DNA of 64,000 nt, taken from NCBI GenBank assembly GCA_964247055.1, contig OZ176059.1, positions 2,356,001 to 2,420,000 of the forward strand, read 5' to 3'. The notes beneath the pieces were generated by a model. That model was not told the origin of the DNA. It saw only the letters and a list, made by a program, of their open reading frames with translations, and searched no databases. Of this stretch, positions 13,299 to 27,749 are shown one piece after another. Position 1 is the stretch's first letter. Every line of letters begins with the position of its first letter. The position numbers and the translations under genes are program-made. Origin of the DNA: Paragordius varius. Taxonomy: Eukaryota; Animalia; Nematomorpha.

Positions 13299-15803
13299 TA
13301 TTCATTTTTTTAGATATAAATTATATACGAACTGTTAATTCTTTTATATTGCATTAATAATTTGTTATAATAACCATCAATATTGGCTGATATATATTAT
13401 AACACACACCTGTTTATTGTTAATATTTTTTATTCTACTGGCAAAAAACTGTTCAATTAAATTTCATATTATTCATATATATAAGGTACGTCAATCAATT
13501 TGATTGACATTCCATAAAGATGTTTATATATAATAAATTTATTTCAGCATTCTTTTTTTCAAATAAATTTATTTGCCAAATTTTTTGTTTTGTTAAGAAA
13601 AAAAATTATCTTTTATGCTCCTGTTATTGTTTTATAGCCTTTGGGTAATTATAGGGTATGGGGAAGATATGTAAATATATCTCCCACAAAGTCTAACGCA
13701 TTGTAGATGTATAGGAGTCGTTTTTAAACATGTAACAACACATTTTTGCATATTTTATCATATCTATATGCATAAAAGTAAAAAGTTTAAGAAATTTTTT
13801 ATGTCCTGGATAAATTAAATTTTAACATATTTATGTATTCATTTTGCAAACATTCATAAATAGTTTATAAAATCTATTGAACCCAATTTAAAAATTAGAC
13901 TTAAAATATGAATTAAATGAAATCTAGTTAAAACATGGTGCTTATTTAAATTTTTAGTTTGATTTCGTAAATTTTAATTGAATGCAATTTATATAGGTAT
14001 TACCGACTGCATTTATACCGAAAATGCAGATGGATATGTGCGAAATTGATAATAAGTGAAACCCCAAATCATAGTTGGGTCGTAATGATGAGTGATAACA
14101 AGTACAGAACAAGTCTGAAATTACTATTAATGAAAAGAATCACTCACTATTATCAAAACTATTTAATTTCATTTTTTTATCATGATTTTTAGTTTAAATA
14201 TCATTTATAACATTAAACGAAGTTCAACAATAGTTAATAAGGGGTTATGTTTTAAAAAATGTAAACTATACATGTATATTCAAATATTATCCCGTAAAAA
14301 TAATTGAAACATATTTTTGTAGTTGGTAAAAAAATTTCAATTATATTCAACTGGAGTTCACTTGTTAAAAAATTAGCACACAATTGTTTTAATTTAATAT
14401 TCCATTACTAATTTTATACCACACTCACAAAGTTTAATGAGCTTTCAAAATTCAAAAAATGATATTCAACGCCATTTAAGCGAAACTGCAAAAAATCAAA
14501 ATACGATTAACAGCTAAAATAATATTTAGATTTTACAATCATGATTTCAACGACAAAATTTCAGTATTTATGGGAGCTTAAAATCTTAATAACCTGTCAA
14601 AATAACAAAAAATTGATGTTTAAGGAAAAGATATTTCATTTAATTTTAACAATGTCAAAAACCCTAGATGTACATGTATTTGAGCCACAGTTTTATATTA
14701 AAACGATCACATGAACGATACTCAAATCGGATGGGGCTGACAATTTCATATTTTAGGGTTAATTCATATATTTGAAAAACGCTATCAGCTAAATATCATA
14801 ATTTTTGAATGTGATTTTTTTACCTATAATGTACGATATTATTTTTACCGTTTAAATTAAAAACAAACCGATTAGGATTAGTAAAGATCCTTTTGATTAT
14901 TGAATTTTTTTATAGTCTTGATTGTTAAGTTGTTTTGTCCTTTAAATAGAAACAAGTTAAATCATATATATTAATATTCATCGCTTACAAATTAAAAAAT
15001 GACTAGTGAGTGATAGATCAATATAAGTAATCGTATATGATAAATTTTTTAGATTTCTCGAAAATATATGAGAGGTTCTATTTTATTATTGATATAATAT
15101 ATATATATATATATATATATAAGATGGATGCATAAAATCAATAAGATTATGTAGGTTATCGGGGTCTAAAAACCTTGTTTAAGTATCTATGAAAAGTAAT
15201 TAAATTTTGTCCTAAATGGAAAATGGCTGATCTTAAAAATATGACCGCGTAAAATTATATATGTTTTAACAAATGATATATTTAAAAATTCAAAAATTTA
15301 TTTCACAATATTTTGTGTTATAATTGCGCTATAACATTTACAGCAATCAATGAAAAACAAAGTGTGATATTTTAAGACATATTAAGTGAAAATAAAATTC
15401 TGTAAGATTTTAATAAAAATCCAAATGAGAATGTACACGAATAATATCAACAGTGAAATACAAAAAATATACACAAACATGAATACAGCCATTAAGGTAT
15501 GGTAAAAAACAACACATGGTAGAATTAAACAGGTTTTTTTTCCTATTATATATAATATTAATTTTGTTTATTTAATAATGGTGACAAACTATTTTTTACA
15601 CCATACATATGCTATTACGTAACGTAATTCAAAACAAAAATGCAACAAATATATGGAATACTTTATAACACAAAGAAAAAAAGAATAGGTAATGAATAAG
15701 GAGAGAGAGTTAAAAATTGGGGTCCATATTAATACAATTAAAAATTTGTTGTATAATGAATGACACAACTCATAATTTACAAATCTAAACTAAACGTTTT
15801 AAA

Positions 15804-17888
15804 CTAACTGGTGGATTGTTTGGCTACCACATAAAATTGATTTTTAGCCGTACACAGGCCCCAACAAACAGCTGTTATTTCGATGCACACATTGAATGGG
15901 ATGATTGCAATGGCACATGTTACACAGATGATTAAGAGAATGAAACGATAAATTAATCGTTTAAGCCAACTCACAAATCGCCGAATCCATAAAGGTGTAC
16001 ATCTTGTTATTGTTTGTAACATGTGTTTCAATAAGCTCCTAATTGAATGGGGTACAAATTTTCCCACCGGACGATATACGTTATTAAAGGGTACTTTCAC
16101 ATATTCTGTTTAGGGGAAAAAATTTTTTATGATATAAATATACCATATAAAGTAAAATTTAAATGAAAACCAAAATAAAGGTGTCAAAATCGATATTTTA
16201 ATGTTTAATAGCAAAAAATGTCTATTCCTTTTTAGTGTGACCTTAAATTTTTAAACTTATTTTGCTTCAAATTTAACACTTTTTCAACCAAACATAATCG
16301 TTTCCCAGTCAAACTCAACGTTTGCAGTAGCGTATGGTATGAAAAAATTGTTTCAAGCATTTGTCGTTTTTTATCATAATACTGTATTTTTAATAAACCA
16401 TAACCTTATTTAAAAAAATTAGATTATTTTTCATGAGCATATATAATCACTAAATCTTGTAGTTATTTATAAATATATCATTTATAGGTCAATATAATGT
16501 TTTGCATCCAAAAAAGTGTTGTATTAAATTAATTACCTATAAGATAGATTTAACATTATGAAATTTAAAAATTAGGAAACTAAAAAAATCACATTAAAGT
16601 TAAGGAAATATACATGCTTACTATACGCTAATGCTCAATTAAAAAATTTAGTAAATAAGCTATAAGAGTTTCAATCAAAAAATCTAAGTGTATGATTTAA
16701 AAAGTGTTTGATCGTAAAAATGTTGAGTTTGTATGATAAAGTGTTGCAAAGTTTTAAAAATGATATATATAAATATATATATTTATCAAGTTTACACGAT
16801 ATAATTTGTTACATACTTTGTATCAATCGTTTCCCAAGTTGAGGTAATACACCTTGCGAGTTGGGCGTCAATGTTAACGCGATTATATTTTCATCAATGA
16901 GTATGGCCTGTTCCAACATTTTAATTTGCTCGGTGTTGTAATTTTTATTATTGCTAAAACTATTGTAATCATCACTGTGGTCTTTATCATTTTCACCCAT
17001 TTTGATTTGTTCAATAATACCATCTCCAATATAAAATGCGTATTTCCGTGCTTTACAATTATCATTTCCATTAATATAAAGTGATTCTTTCAGGGAAACT
17101 GCGTTAATCCCCTCAGAAATTTCCAAGGGTTTTTTTTCATTCGAAACTTGATAACTATTATTCGTATTATTTTTATAATCATTTTCCGTTAATTTGGTAT
17201 TTTGCGCGTCATGTGCCAATAGAATGCTGGGTATTTCCGTGTTTATAATAGTTGAGATATTATTATCATGATTATCAACAGCATTTTTTATTGTCATATA
17301 TTCATTTACATTATGTTTGGGTACATGACATGTAATTGATTCTTCGTTTAAAACATTAAGTTCTCTCAAACTATTAATGTAGAAATCATTCTTTTTATAA
17401 TTCTTATCTCGTCCACCAAATCGAAAAAATGAAATGATTGAACCATAGGCATACATGTAGATAGTTGTACCCGATATAAAAGCCGATATTATACGCAAAA
17501 TGCGAGGAAAACCATACAAAGGTAACCAAGTTACAATGCAAAGTTCAACCCCAAATATAGCGGGCATAAGGATCCAGGCCCAAACAAAAACCGTTAAGCA
17601 TAATTTAACGGGCCATATTGGTATTTCGGTACACCTATGTACTACCAGGTAGATACCTAAAACGTTGTGATGTGAAATATATATATATATATATATATAT
17701 GGTTGTTTTTGTTATAGGTATAAAAAACTTGAAATATATTTTTAAATTTGGTGAGATAATAAAAGCATTTTTAGTTGTTTTACGTATAAATTTGAAAAAA
17801 AATGTTTAATTTTGTTAGTTAAAACTTATGTACTCCAGGTATATAACCTATATGTTGTGATATTTTAAAAAGATATCTTAATTTCACA

Positions 17889-17954
<66 letters not shown>

Positions 17955-19809
17955 CGGATATGGTTAAATGACAAAAGTGCAATACAGTAGCGTATGGCAT
18001 AAAACATTATTAGTCCATAAAAGAATTAAAAAATATTTTTTTAAAAAACAAGCGTAGTTGTTTATACACATATCCATAATATGCCTTGTTTTTTTAAAAA
18101 AAACATTTTTTTTATTTTTTATCGACTAATATTGTTTTATGCCATACGCTGTATATTATTTTCCAAATAAATAATAAAGTTATTTATTTTGAAAAATTTA
18201 ATTTTTTGGTTATAATGGTATAACATTTTGCAATAAGATTCAAAATTAAAATAATATAAAAAAATGACAAATTATAATCAAAAAAATTTTATTCAAAAAT
18301 ATTCATTTTTTTAAACTGTATTTATGCATTTTCGTCATTTATATTAGATATATAATGCGTGATTTATCATATTACACCAATATAAAACTTATATATGTAC
18401 CGCCAGGTATAAATATATAAAAATAGAACTATTGAATTTTGTTACTGCTATCTTAATTAAAATTCGTAAATGTCATAAATTTTATTAATTTAGTGTTATA
18501 TTACGTAATACATAACGGATTATAAGTCTTAAAGTTATATGGCAAGAACTCAATAATTTTTAATTCTAGCATATATACATACTTATATATATATATTATT
18601 AAAAACCTTATGAAACACATATATTTAACAGCCTTCAAAAGTCAAAACCTAAAAAATTTAAACTACAACAAGATGAATACAAACCCTTTTAAATCTTAAA
18701 ATTAAAACGCAAAAAAAGTTACGAATAAATACACGATAAAATTCTTAACCTTGGAGCCAACGTTTACGCTGTTTAAGGAAATCGGATATAGTGTATGGGC
18801 TTTGTTCCCACATTTCGCCCTCAATAAAATTGAATAGTAACGAGTATTTTTTTTCAATCAATGAACACGTTGATAATGTATTAATCAATAAATTTTTATT
18901 ATCAATCAATGAATCCTTCTTTCTTAAATTACGACTAAAGTCTTGTGTCGATGGTAATGTGGGGTGTGATGTAGGAGAATCTATTATATGTGATATATAT
19001 TAAAATAGAGTAAAAAAAATTATAAAGGCCATAATGTAGCAAATAAAAGACTAATTAATAATTTATTTAATTAAATACCATGTCCATTTTCGATACATGG
19101 CAAAAGAAATAATATAAAGGATTTTTTTTACTAATTTTGTTTTAATTATTATATTTTAACGATATTATTTCCTTTTTGTTCCATTGAAAAAATATACTAA
19201 CACATGTATCGAAAATTTTGGAGGATATAGTTTAAAAATTAATGAATTTTATGACCATTTAAATTTTTAATATTCATTTTCATTATAACTTTAATAATAT
19301 TATACGATTATAATAACTTGAGAAACACAAAATTGCCGTATATAAGTTTTATAGTCAACACCAACAATCAAATAAACATGGAAAATTTTTTAATGACAAC
19401 TAACCAGATAAAATGACGATGTGTCGCTAAATTATTAGTAAATGATTAGGATAGTTACAAAAAGGATATAACTAATAATTTAGTTAGGTAAAACCACACA
19501 CTTATATTTCCATACTATATTAAGAGAATGTTGAAAAATTATCATGAATTGGAGTATGCATTTTAATCGTTGTTGCTTATTTCACACTATAGTTGGGCAA
19601 TTCGCAATACAGTAGTGTATAGAAAAAAAGAAAGGTAAAATTGTTTATTTAACTGTTTGTTGTTTTTTTCTATATACTACTGTGTTGCATATTGCCCAAG
19701 TATAGTGTGAAATAAGCAACAACCATTAAAATGCATACAGTATATATTTTACATATACAGTAAAATTATAAAAACAAAACATAAAGTAGAAGACATATAA
19801 ATAATAATC

Positions 19810-19843
<34 letters not shown>

Positions 19844-21019
19844 GAAAAAAATATTAGTATTTTGCCTCTTATGTTATGTAATTATTAATTTTGAACTAAA
19901 CCCTTCATTTCCCTACAAATTAGTGTATTAAAGATATATATATTTTTATGTTTTATCAGTTATTACTTGTGTTAATAATGTCTATAAAATTAGAGAATAA
20001 TTCAATAATACCTGATTTAACATCACATAATTGACTTGGCTTGGCCACATATAATTTTCTCTCCTTGTACCTATTAAATAAATGAAAACACATATTACAC
20101 AAACAATAATTCATATATAATAATGTTTGATCTGAAATATTTATAATATATAAAATAGAGTATGTTAAATAACATCATGCTTAAAATATCAAATCGATAT
20201 TTTTTACTTAAAATTAATAAAAATTTTGCCTCAACTTTCAACCAGAAAAAAATTACAAATCACAATAAGTTTTGACCGTTAAATAATAAAAAATTACATA
20301 ATAAAAAAATTGCTTTTTATTTGTAACAAATTGCATTTAAATCCAAAAATTGCCATTTAATTGCAAAATATTACCTTTAAAAAAGAAAAATGCTATCTTT
20401 AATAAAATATTTTTATCTTTTACAAAAAATATCTTGTGCTAACATTCAAAAAACAGTTATAACCAGTTATAACTACCCGCACGCACCTACCTGTAATACA
20501 TGGCACGCATAGCAAAGTAACAATCTTCCGCTATACTCCCGTCCGGTCCAACATCAAACGTTACGTGGCGTTCAGCACCCGCTCGGGTAACCACAAAACT
20601 GCCCTTAAGGTTAAAGAGTGGAGCCCGCAGGACCGGACAACTTAGCTGGAATCGAAGTTTACCCATGTCATCGGCTACGCGAAATGTATCCGCTAATGTT
20701 GTAAGCCAGTTAAGTACACCATTACGTGCATACGTTATTAGACCTAAAAGTATCAACACAAAATTGAGCAATTGCATATATAGGTGAGATTGTTTAATAT
20801 TTCAAGGGTGCTGTTAAATACACTATAATTACCCCCTCTTGAGAGTCTAAATTAAATTGAAAATAAGCGAATCAATGAATAAATGTTTGTGCACTATTTT
20901 GCTAACGCTTAAATTATAAATATCACCCGCCTTTTTGCGTAAATTAATTATATAAAACCTAGTAATACAATCATTAGTAATAATAATGCGCCTGTTTTCG
21001 ACTGGGACATCCTTGCTTA

Positions 21020-21075
<56 letters not shown>

Positions 21076-22133
21076 AATATCCTCTAAGATCAAAATCCTG
21101 AAAATCAAACAAAACAATTTAATTAAATATTCAGTATTAAGCGTTTTGGGATTTCGCTGTTGATTAAATAAAAATTTTACTTCCTATTTCTGTAAAAAAA
21201 ATAAATCATAATTGGAATTATGTAATTTAATTATCGAATTTATTTAGAATACGAATTTTTGACACTAGTTTTTGTCAAAAAATAAGATGTACTAAGACAG
21301 TATGAGTAAATATACATTGCTAATTTTTCTTTCATCATTGCGGCCATAAAATATATGCAGCAAAGAGGAAATATTATTGGTATAGAGTTAATTTTTTCCT
21401 TTTTCTTTCTATAAACAATGCTACATATGTTATCTGGAGCAACACTTGGTGAATACAAATTTTCATTGTGGTTTACAAAATAGATATTGTTGTTTGGTAG
21501 TATATAAAATATTTTGTTTAATAATAAAACAAAAATTAAACCAGTGTAAATCAATAATGTTTTAAAATATAAAGTGATATGTAAAACTTTTCATCAATAG
21601 TAATCGCAGACGAGTTTTGTGCTAACATAGTTTATATTAAAAAAATAAAAATTTTGTTTATTAAAATTTATTTTACTTATATTTTGAATTTTATCGAGTT
21701 AATCACACTATAAAATATGTCAAGTTTGTCATTATAGTTTTTTAAAAAAGTAGCGATCGCAGAATCAACGTCGAAATGACAAAAAAATCAAATCTATTCC
21801 TCTTATTTTTTATTCAATGTTTATGGGAATTCAAACTTAGTCCTCTTTGTAAATTATGAAAAGTAATAAATTAAATTTCCGATATATTAATTAATTTGTA
21901 AGAAGATACTGTCACCCTTGAGCGGTTCCAATATAAGTCAATTTTTATTTTAATCATTAAAAAAATATTTTGGAATATGTGTTAATTATATAATTTGCGT
22001 ATAAAATAATTTTTGTTTAAACAGATTGTTTAACTTAAAGTAGGCGAAAAATATGTGTGCATGTGCTGATATTGGCCATATTAACATGTTGCAAAACATT
22101 ATTGATTTTAGTATTTTGTCATATCTTGAAAAC

Positions 22134-22167
<34 letters not shown>

Positions 22168-25100
22168 TTTGATTTTCATGCGCATATATTATTTGGAATG
22201 TGCCAATTATATACGTGAATTACATCTTTGATAAAATGCACCGTTATAAAACTAAAAAGGTTATGATGTGAAGGTATTTTTAATATGATATATCTTTCAT
22301 TTGAAATAATCCGTTTTGTACTTTTTTTAAAGAATAAAATATTTTTCTTTATTTTAGAATGACATATAATTACAAAAACCAAACATCAATAAAATAAATC
22401 TTTTATGAGACTTTTGACCTATAGTTTTTTTTGATAAAGACATATGAACGATATTTGATGATTTTAGCCTTAAAATATATATAGCAAGTTAAATTTATGG
22501 CAAAAAAATCAAAATCTTAGCATTTGAAACCACAAGTAAGTAAGTAAGTTTTTGGATTCTTTTGATTAACAAAAATATTTTAGCTTTTTCAACACATTGT
22601 GAAAATTTATATGTATATTACATTAAAGCATATCCAAATAATATTTAAATTAATTATTCTTTATATTTAATATAAAATCAAAATTTTAAATAATATTTTT
22701 CTATATAATTTATAATATTTGTATTATTTAAAGCCTGTATTAGATAATAAAAACTTTTAAATGATAACATTTTTATAACTCCTTATTGTATTTAACTAAA
22801 AAAATTTATAATTCAGTTTATATCCTAGCAACTCAATTATCTATTTATTTTTGAAAATTAAAAGAAAGTAAAACACCTGAATGATGAAATAAATTGTAAA
22901 CTATATTATGAGTGGTTTCCATAATCCGAAAATCTTAAAACAAAAAGGCTAATGATAAAATAACTTAATTATCACAAATAATAAATAATAGTAATTTAAT
23001 AAAAATTCAATAACCTAGAACCAATAAAATTAATTATCGTTTTTCGTTTTCCTTCTTTATTACTAATGATTTATTTATATTTTATGGATAGTTATATTTT
23101 ATATTTTAAAAGGATACACATATTTTTTAGTTTATTAACAACCCACACATATGATTAAAATGCAAATTATTGGATAAATACCTTGACCAAAATCACATGA
23201 TCCCTCGTGAGCAAAATTAAGAATTCCAACCAACGAATCACGCGTCAGCAAAGTCTCTTCATCCAAATGTACTATCCAATCACTATCAGCCAAAAAAGTA
23301 TCGTTCTCAGGCGCAAGCGCATACTGCAGGGCACGTGCTTTAAACCGTGAACCACGTGGAGAAACGTATTCGTTTGGCACAACTAATTCCCATATTTGTG
23401 GTTTGTTGCTATTACTTTTTGTTGTTTCATTGTATGATCTTGGTTGCTGTGTTATTTCATGCTAAATTTATTGGAAAAATATATGAATAAATTAACACTT
23501 TTTTAGATATACAGAAGCGTATGAGGCATTGAAAAGTTAATCCTTACCTAAATAAACAATTAAAAAAAGGATATTTTTAAATTACCATTTGTTGTTTTTA
23601 GCCATACCATTTGGGGTATTTGAAACTTCCAAAGATAAAATTTTATGTATTCACATTTTGTTATAAATATGCATATTTATTATGGAGTATTAATAAAAAG
23701 GGACAAATAAACTCTTTCGAAAGATTGCATTGTTATCCATGTAAACATCCATAAAATATACCATTACAGCTCAAATTCCCCTCGAACAATTCAAATTCAC
23801 GCCTAAAATAAAACTTAGTGTTTTGAATTTTAAAAACTTCCTATATTTTTATATTTTTTAAAAAAGGAAAAATTTGTTTAATATTAACATAATGCTGAAA
23901 AAATAATAGAGTGTGCTATCAAGAAATAATTCATACTATTGATGAATTATTAACCCGAAAACACAATTTATTTTTAGGGTGAATTCAAAATGTAAATGGT
24001 TTAATATAAAATCCATATTGCTTAAATCCATAAAAAAATAAAGTTTTACAACTTTTATAAGGCGAAAATGTCCGAAAAAAAGTACCTGATTAAGAAGACC
24101 AATCGAATTGTCTGTGACAACTTGAATGACAAAATTACGATAACCCAACAGGTGACATGTTAGATAATTTCGTACCACATTTCGTCGCACCAAGGCAGGA
24201 AAGTTACCACGAGTAACAACACGGAAACATATAAAAGGGGGTATTTTTGTACCCCTATGGATTGAAGAAGGATAATGGGGCGAGCAACTATAACCTAATG
24301 TTTTATTATCTTGTAAAGAAAGCTCTTTATCACAACTGGTTGGTACAACTACAATGTCGAAATCCTTACCGCTTGGCATATCATTGTTAATATCCTTGTT
24401 TTGCAAAGATTGTGAGGATAAACTTGATTCATTCTGTACAAAATGAGTGTGAGTGTTGTAGACACATTCAGTCGCCGAGAATGTCGCAATGTTACCATTC
24501 AAATGTTTGTAACTACTGGTATCGGAAATAAAGGACGTGTTTTTATCGTCTGATTCGTTGTTAGCGGGTACCGTGATATCTGACGTATATATGCGCGGTG
24601 GATCAGGGAATGCCGGGTAAAACACAAGCCCACAAAAATGAAATAGAATCAGGGGCAAAGCTATCAGGTTTAGGCATCTGAGCAAAAGTATAACGTATGT
24701 TTTGCCTTTGCCATACACCTGATAGTTATCGGAAAAGGCAGACGACATCGACGATGACTTGTGTGCATCAACCAAAAGACTGTTGTCACGTAACTCCTTT
24801 CTATGTCGTCGAACAGTTCCTTGTTGATGATGGGTCAAAGGGGAAAACGTGGTTTCCATCAAACTACGCCCAAATCTATCATAATATGATTGGGTTACAG
24901 TGTTAGGCTCAATAGTTGTATGACTGGAGTTAAATTTCTTCACATCTGGTAATAATTCTTTATTGTTAGTTGATGACACAGTGTGATCAGAATACGTTAA
25001 CGGTGTCCCATTCAGTCTTGTCATAATAGTTTTAATTGCATCCAGCTGATTGTATTCTGTCGTGTCCATGCCAACTGCCGGCTTTGTTTTTGTAGCGGTA

Positions 25101-25369
25101 GATAAAAAACCACGGTAACCTAAGAATGGTAAAACCGTGTTGCGCAAATACAACAAATCAAAGCCCTGATTATGGATTTGAAAAACGAAAAGTACCGTAA
25201 AATATATCCAAAGGTGTAACAAGTGTCTCCAACACTCACCATGACTTTTAAACCATCTTTTATGGGCTTTTTTGTCAGGTAAGGGCTTACAAATTTTCAT
25301 ATACCAAATATTAAGTGCTCGTTTTTGGAATAATTGAAATGTATCTTTAAGCGAGGGAATGACTGACAT
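15804..25369 (-). CDS. egh: Beta-1,4-mannosyltransferase egghead/BRE-3 (GT2 family); complement join(24086..25369,23182..23461,20491..20743,20012..20070,18750..18980,16817..17656,15804..16105), 3249 nt, ~1082 aa
   Basis: Egh motifs appear in order: FCGLVF..AFP, PFICFRVVTRG, KARALQY, DWIVHLDEET, FGQG|LITYA, WLTTLADTFRVADDMGKLR, DGSIAEDCYFAMRA, FNFIEGEMWEQSP, FLKQRKRWLQG (QxxRW), IPFNVCIE..AVCWGL...QFYVV. All six introns are GT-AG with matching phases (0,1,2,1,1,1). The true start codon is less certain than the internal structure. Confidence 0.92.
17985..18150. mobile_element. MITE family B (TA|CAGTAGCGTATGG terminus; Tc1/mariner-like)
   Basis: ~40-bp inverted termini cagtagcgtatggcataaaacattattagtc / gactaatattgttttatgccatacgctg. 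Related copies lie near 490-602, 5880-5995, 6103-6390, 9023-9141, 15495-15615, 16324-16385, 19610-19682, 23512 and 34057-34177. Confidence 0.75.
19554..19738. repeat. ~185-bp foldback (family-B MITE core plus ~55-bp inverted flanks) in egh intron 4
   Basis: Arms 19554-19629 and 19663-19738 are reverse complements with few mismatches. Confidence 0.8.
23761..23999. mobile_element. MITE family A in egh intron 1
   Basis: tata|ccattac...ttcacgcctaaaa ... tagggtgaattcaaaatgtaaatgg. Confidence 0.75.
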
Positions 25370-25949
25370 AAAGGGACAATGATTGGAAAATAAGTGGATT
25401 GAGATTCTAAAAAAATAATTTTCAAACTAAAAATATATATTATGTAATATATATAAATAAGTGTCCACATACATTTGAATTTCTAAGTTTACGAAATTCT
25501 ATTTATTTAAATTCAACATTAGAAAAAATATTATTTGGCTCATTATCAAAAGTATTATCAAACATACATAAAAAACATTATATATTCAAAACCTGTTTAT
25601 AATGATAATGGTACAAAGAGTGCTTATCTTGAAAAATTGGATTTATACAATTAAGGCATTGCGGAGATACACATATGAAAACTAACATGGATATATTTAG
25701 CCATATGACATTAGATAAATATAATTTTTTAGGGCCGTGAGATAGTTTAACTTAGTAGGAAATAGAGGTACGATATATGTACAGCTCTATGAAAATTTAA
25801 TATTAAAATGCATCATATATTCTGGTAAAACTTTTTCAGGATCTTGTGGGGCTTTTTATGGTTCAAAAGAATTTATGTATCCACTTTTGTGATTAATTTG
25901 CCTCCTCTTGTCAAAATTGGAATATATTCGCGAAATTAAATGATTCAAA

Positions 25950-26360
25950 AAATATGGAATCGAAACCATGGCAAAAATTTACACATTTATAACATTAATG
26001 AACCGAAATGTATACAAAATTTTATTTAAATGCTTGATATTACTTATTTTTAGGTAAAACCTCAATATAAAAAATTAGTCCACATGGCATGTGTGCATAA
26101 GCTAAATTAAAAAATAATCCAAAATAAATTACTTCTGTTTCTATCAATGTTAGATCTAATTTAAATGGAAAATTAGCTTTCATAGCTTTAAAATCAAATG
26201 AGCACGATATTTTGCAAAAATGTTGTAAAATAAAAATGGCGTTGAAGTAGTTTGATATGGAACTTTTTTTTCAAAACCAAATTTTATTTAAATAATTCGG
26301 CTTTCTTACATAAATTTTATTAGGATGGAAGCATAAATTTAAATTGGGACCGTTTCTTAT
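25950..26360. repeat. Dispersed repeat, with an inverted copy at ~46370-46790
   Basis: Long colinear matches (aaaaatggcgt..gtagtttgatatggaa; tttattaggat.gaagcataaatttaaattgggaccgttt; ggaatcgaaaccat.gcaaaa). Confidence 0.65.
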
Positions 26361-27749
26361 TTTTAGAAATTGCAACTTAAATATAGGGGTACCCAAATTG
26401 AAAAGGCCAAACAAAATTTTGCAAACAAACTTTCAAATTAACCCTTCATTACCGTTTGGGATAGTCGAATATCCCAGATTTAAAATTCAAATATCTTCAA
26501 AGGTATTTATTGTAAATTTAAAAACATGTAAAATGTAAAATTGTTAAAAAAATCCTTATCTCCAATTTGGCCTCTCTGAATTCTATAAAAATATAAATCG
26601 CTAATAACAGGCAAATAAATGCATATTATATAATAAGCAAATGTAAAGTTTAACTTTAAAAGCTTTCATGCTACATTATACCAGGAAAAATTTGATATGT
26701 TTTTAATATCTGCTGTTTTTAATTGTATTTTGGAGCTAGATTTAGGCTTTAGATACAAAACTGTAAAAATATAAACTTTATTATCTAATACGAACAATGT
26801 TTCATAATTAAAATTTAATAACTAAAATAATTTTCAAAAGAGTAGTTTATTCAAAATTGAGCTTTGGGATATAAAATTACCCTGAAAGGTAAACTAGACC
26901 AAAAAAGTGAAAAGTTGATGAAATGTTAATAATAATTCACATTTTTTAACCACATTATACAATCTCTATAGAGCCATTTGAAAAATCGCAAAACATGGCT
27001 CCGAAAAAGTTTGCTTTGTGTAAAATATTTGATTTGTCGGCCTTTAAGATAAAAGGATGTATATTCTTAAAAATAACCCAAATCTACAGTTTTAAATTGG
27101 AATTCAAAATTGTTTGGGGTTATATTGGATGGTATTTTGATTTTACTTTTTATAAATTTTATCACCATCGCCTCAAATTAATGACAAATGTGAATTCTGT
27201 TTATTAAAAAAACTATTTAATGAAGTCAACAAATCTTTTAATCAAAATGGCTCCAGGATCAACATAAAAATGTTTTTAAAATATTTTAATGTGTTTCTAA
27301 ACTGTTTCCAAGAAACTTATTAATCTATCCAATACCCTTTTACAAACTTTGCTAGAAATTAAATTATAATGTAAGTAGATTTTTCTAAACCAATTTTGTT
27401 TATAGCACATATATTGTTGAATATTGCGCCATCCTGGGATTTTCACGTTTATATTAACAAAATCAGCCCATTTTAATGATGAAGTTGAGTATACAACTTT
27501 AAATTTTATATTTAATTGAGACATAGGTACCGTCCCTTTAAACAACTGCAGTATTGAGGGACACCTTAACTTTTTGTGAAAACATTATTTTTCAAATTGC
27601 CCTTAAACTCCCTTAGGGTATCTTTCTCTTTAAATTGCCCCCTCTAAAAAAATGTATTTGAGTGTTTTTCAGTGGCAAAATTAACCCATTTTATAATCCA
27701 GAAAGTTTATTGTTTCTCTATTTTTTTTGTTATTTGAAATACTTAATCC

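Noticed and set aside
14082-14124. C/D-box snoRNA (ATGATGA ... CTGA)
   Set aside because: The boxes are only ~23 nt apart, too short, and such motifs are common by chance.
23936-24085. C-terminal part of the 477-aa ORF
   Set aside because: It is intron read-through past the CAG|gtactt donor into a family-A MITE.
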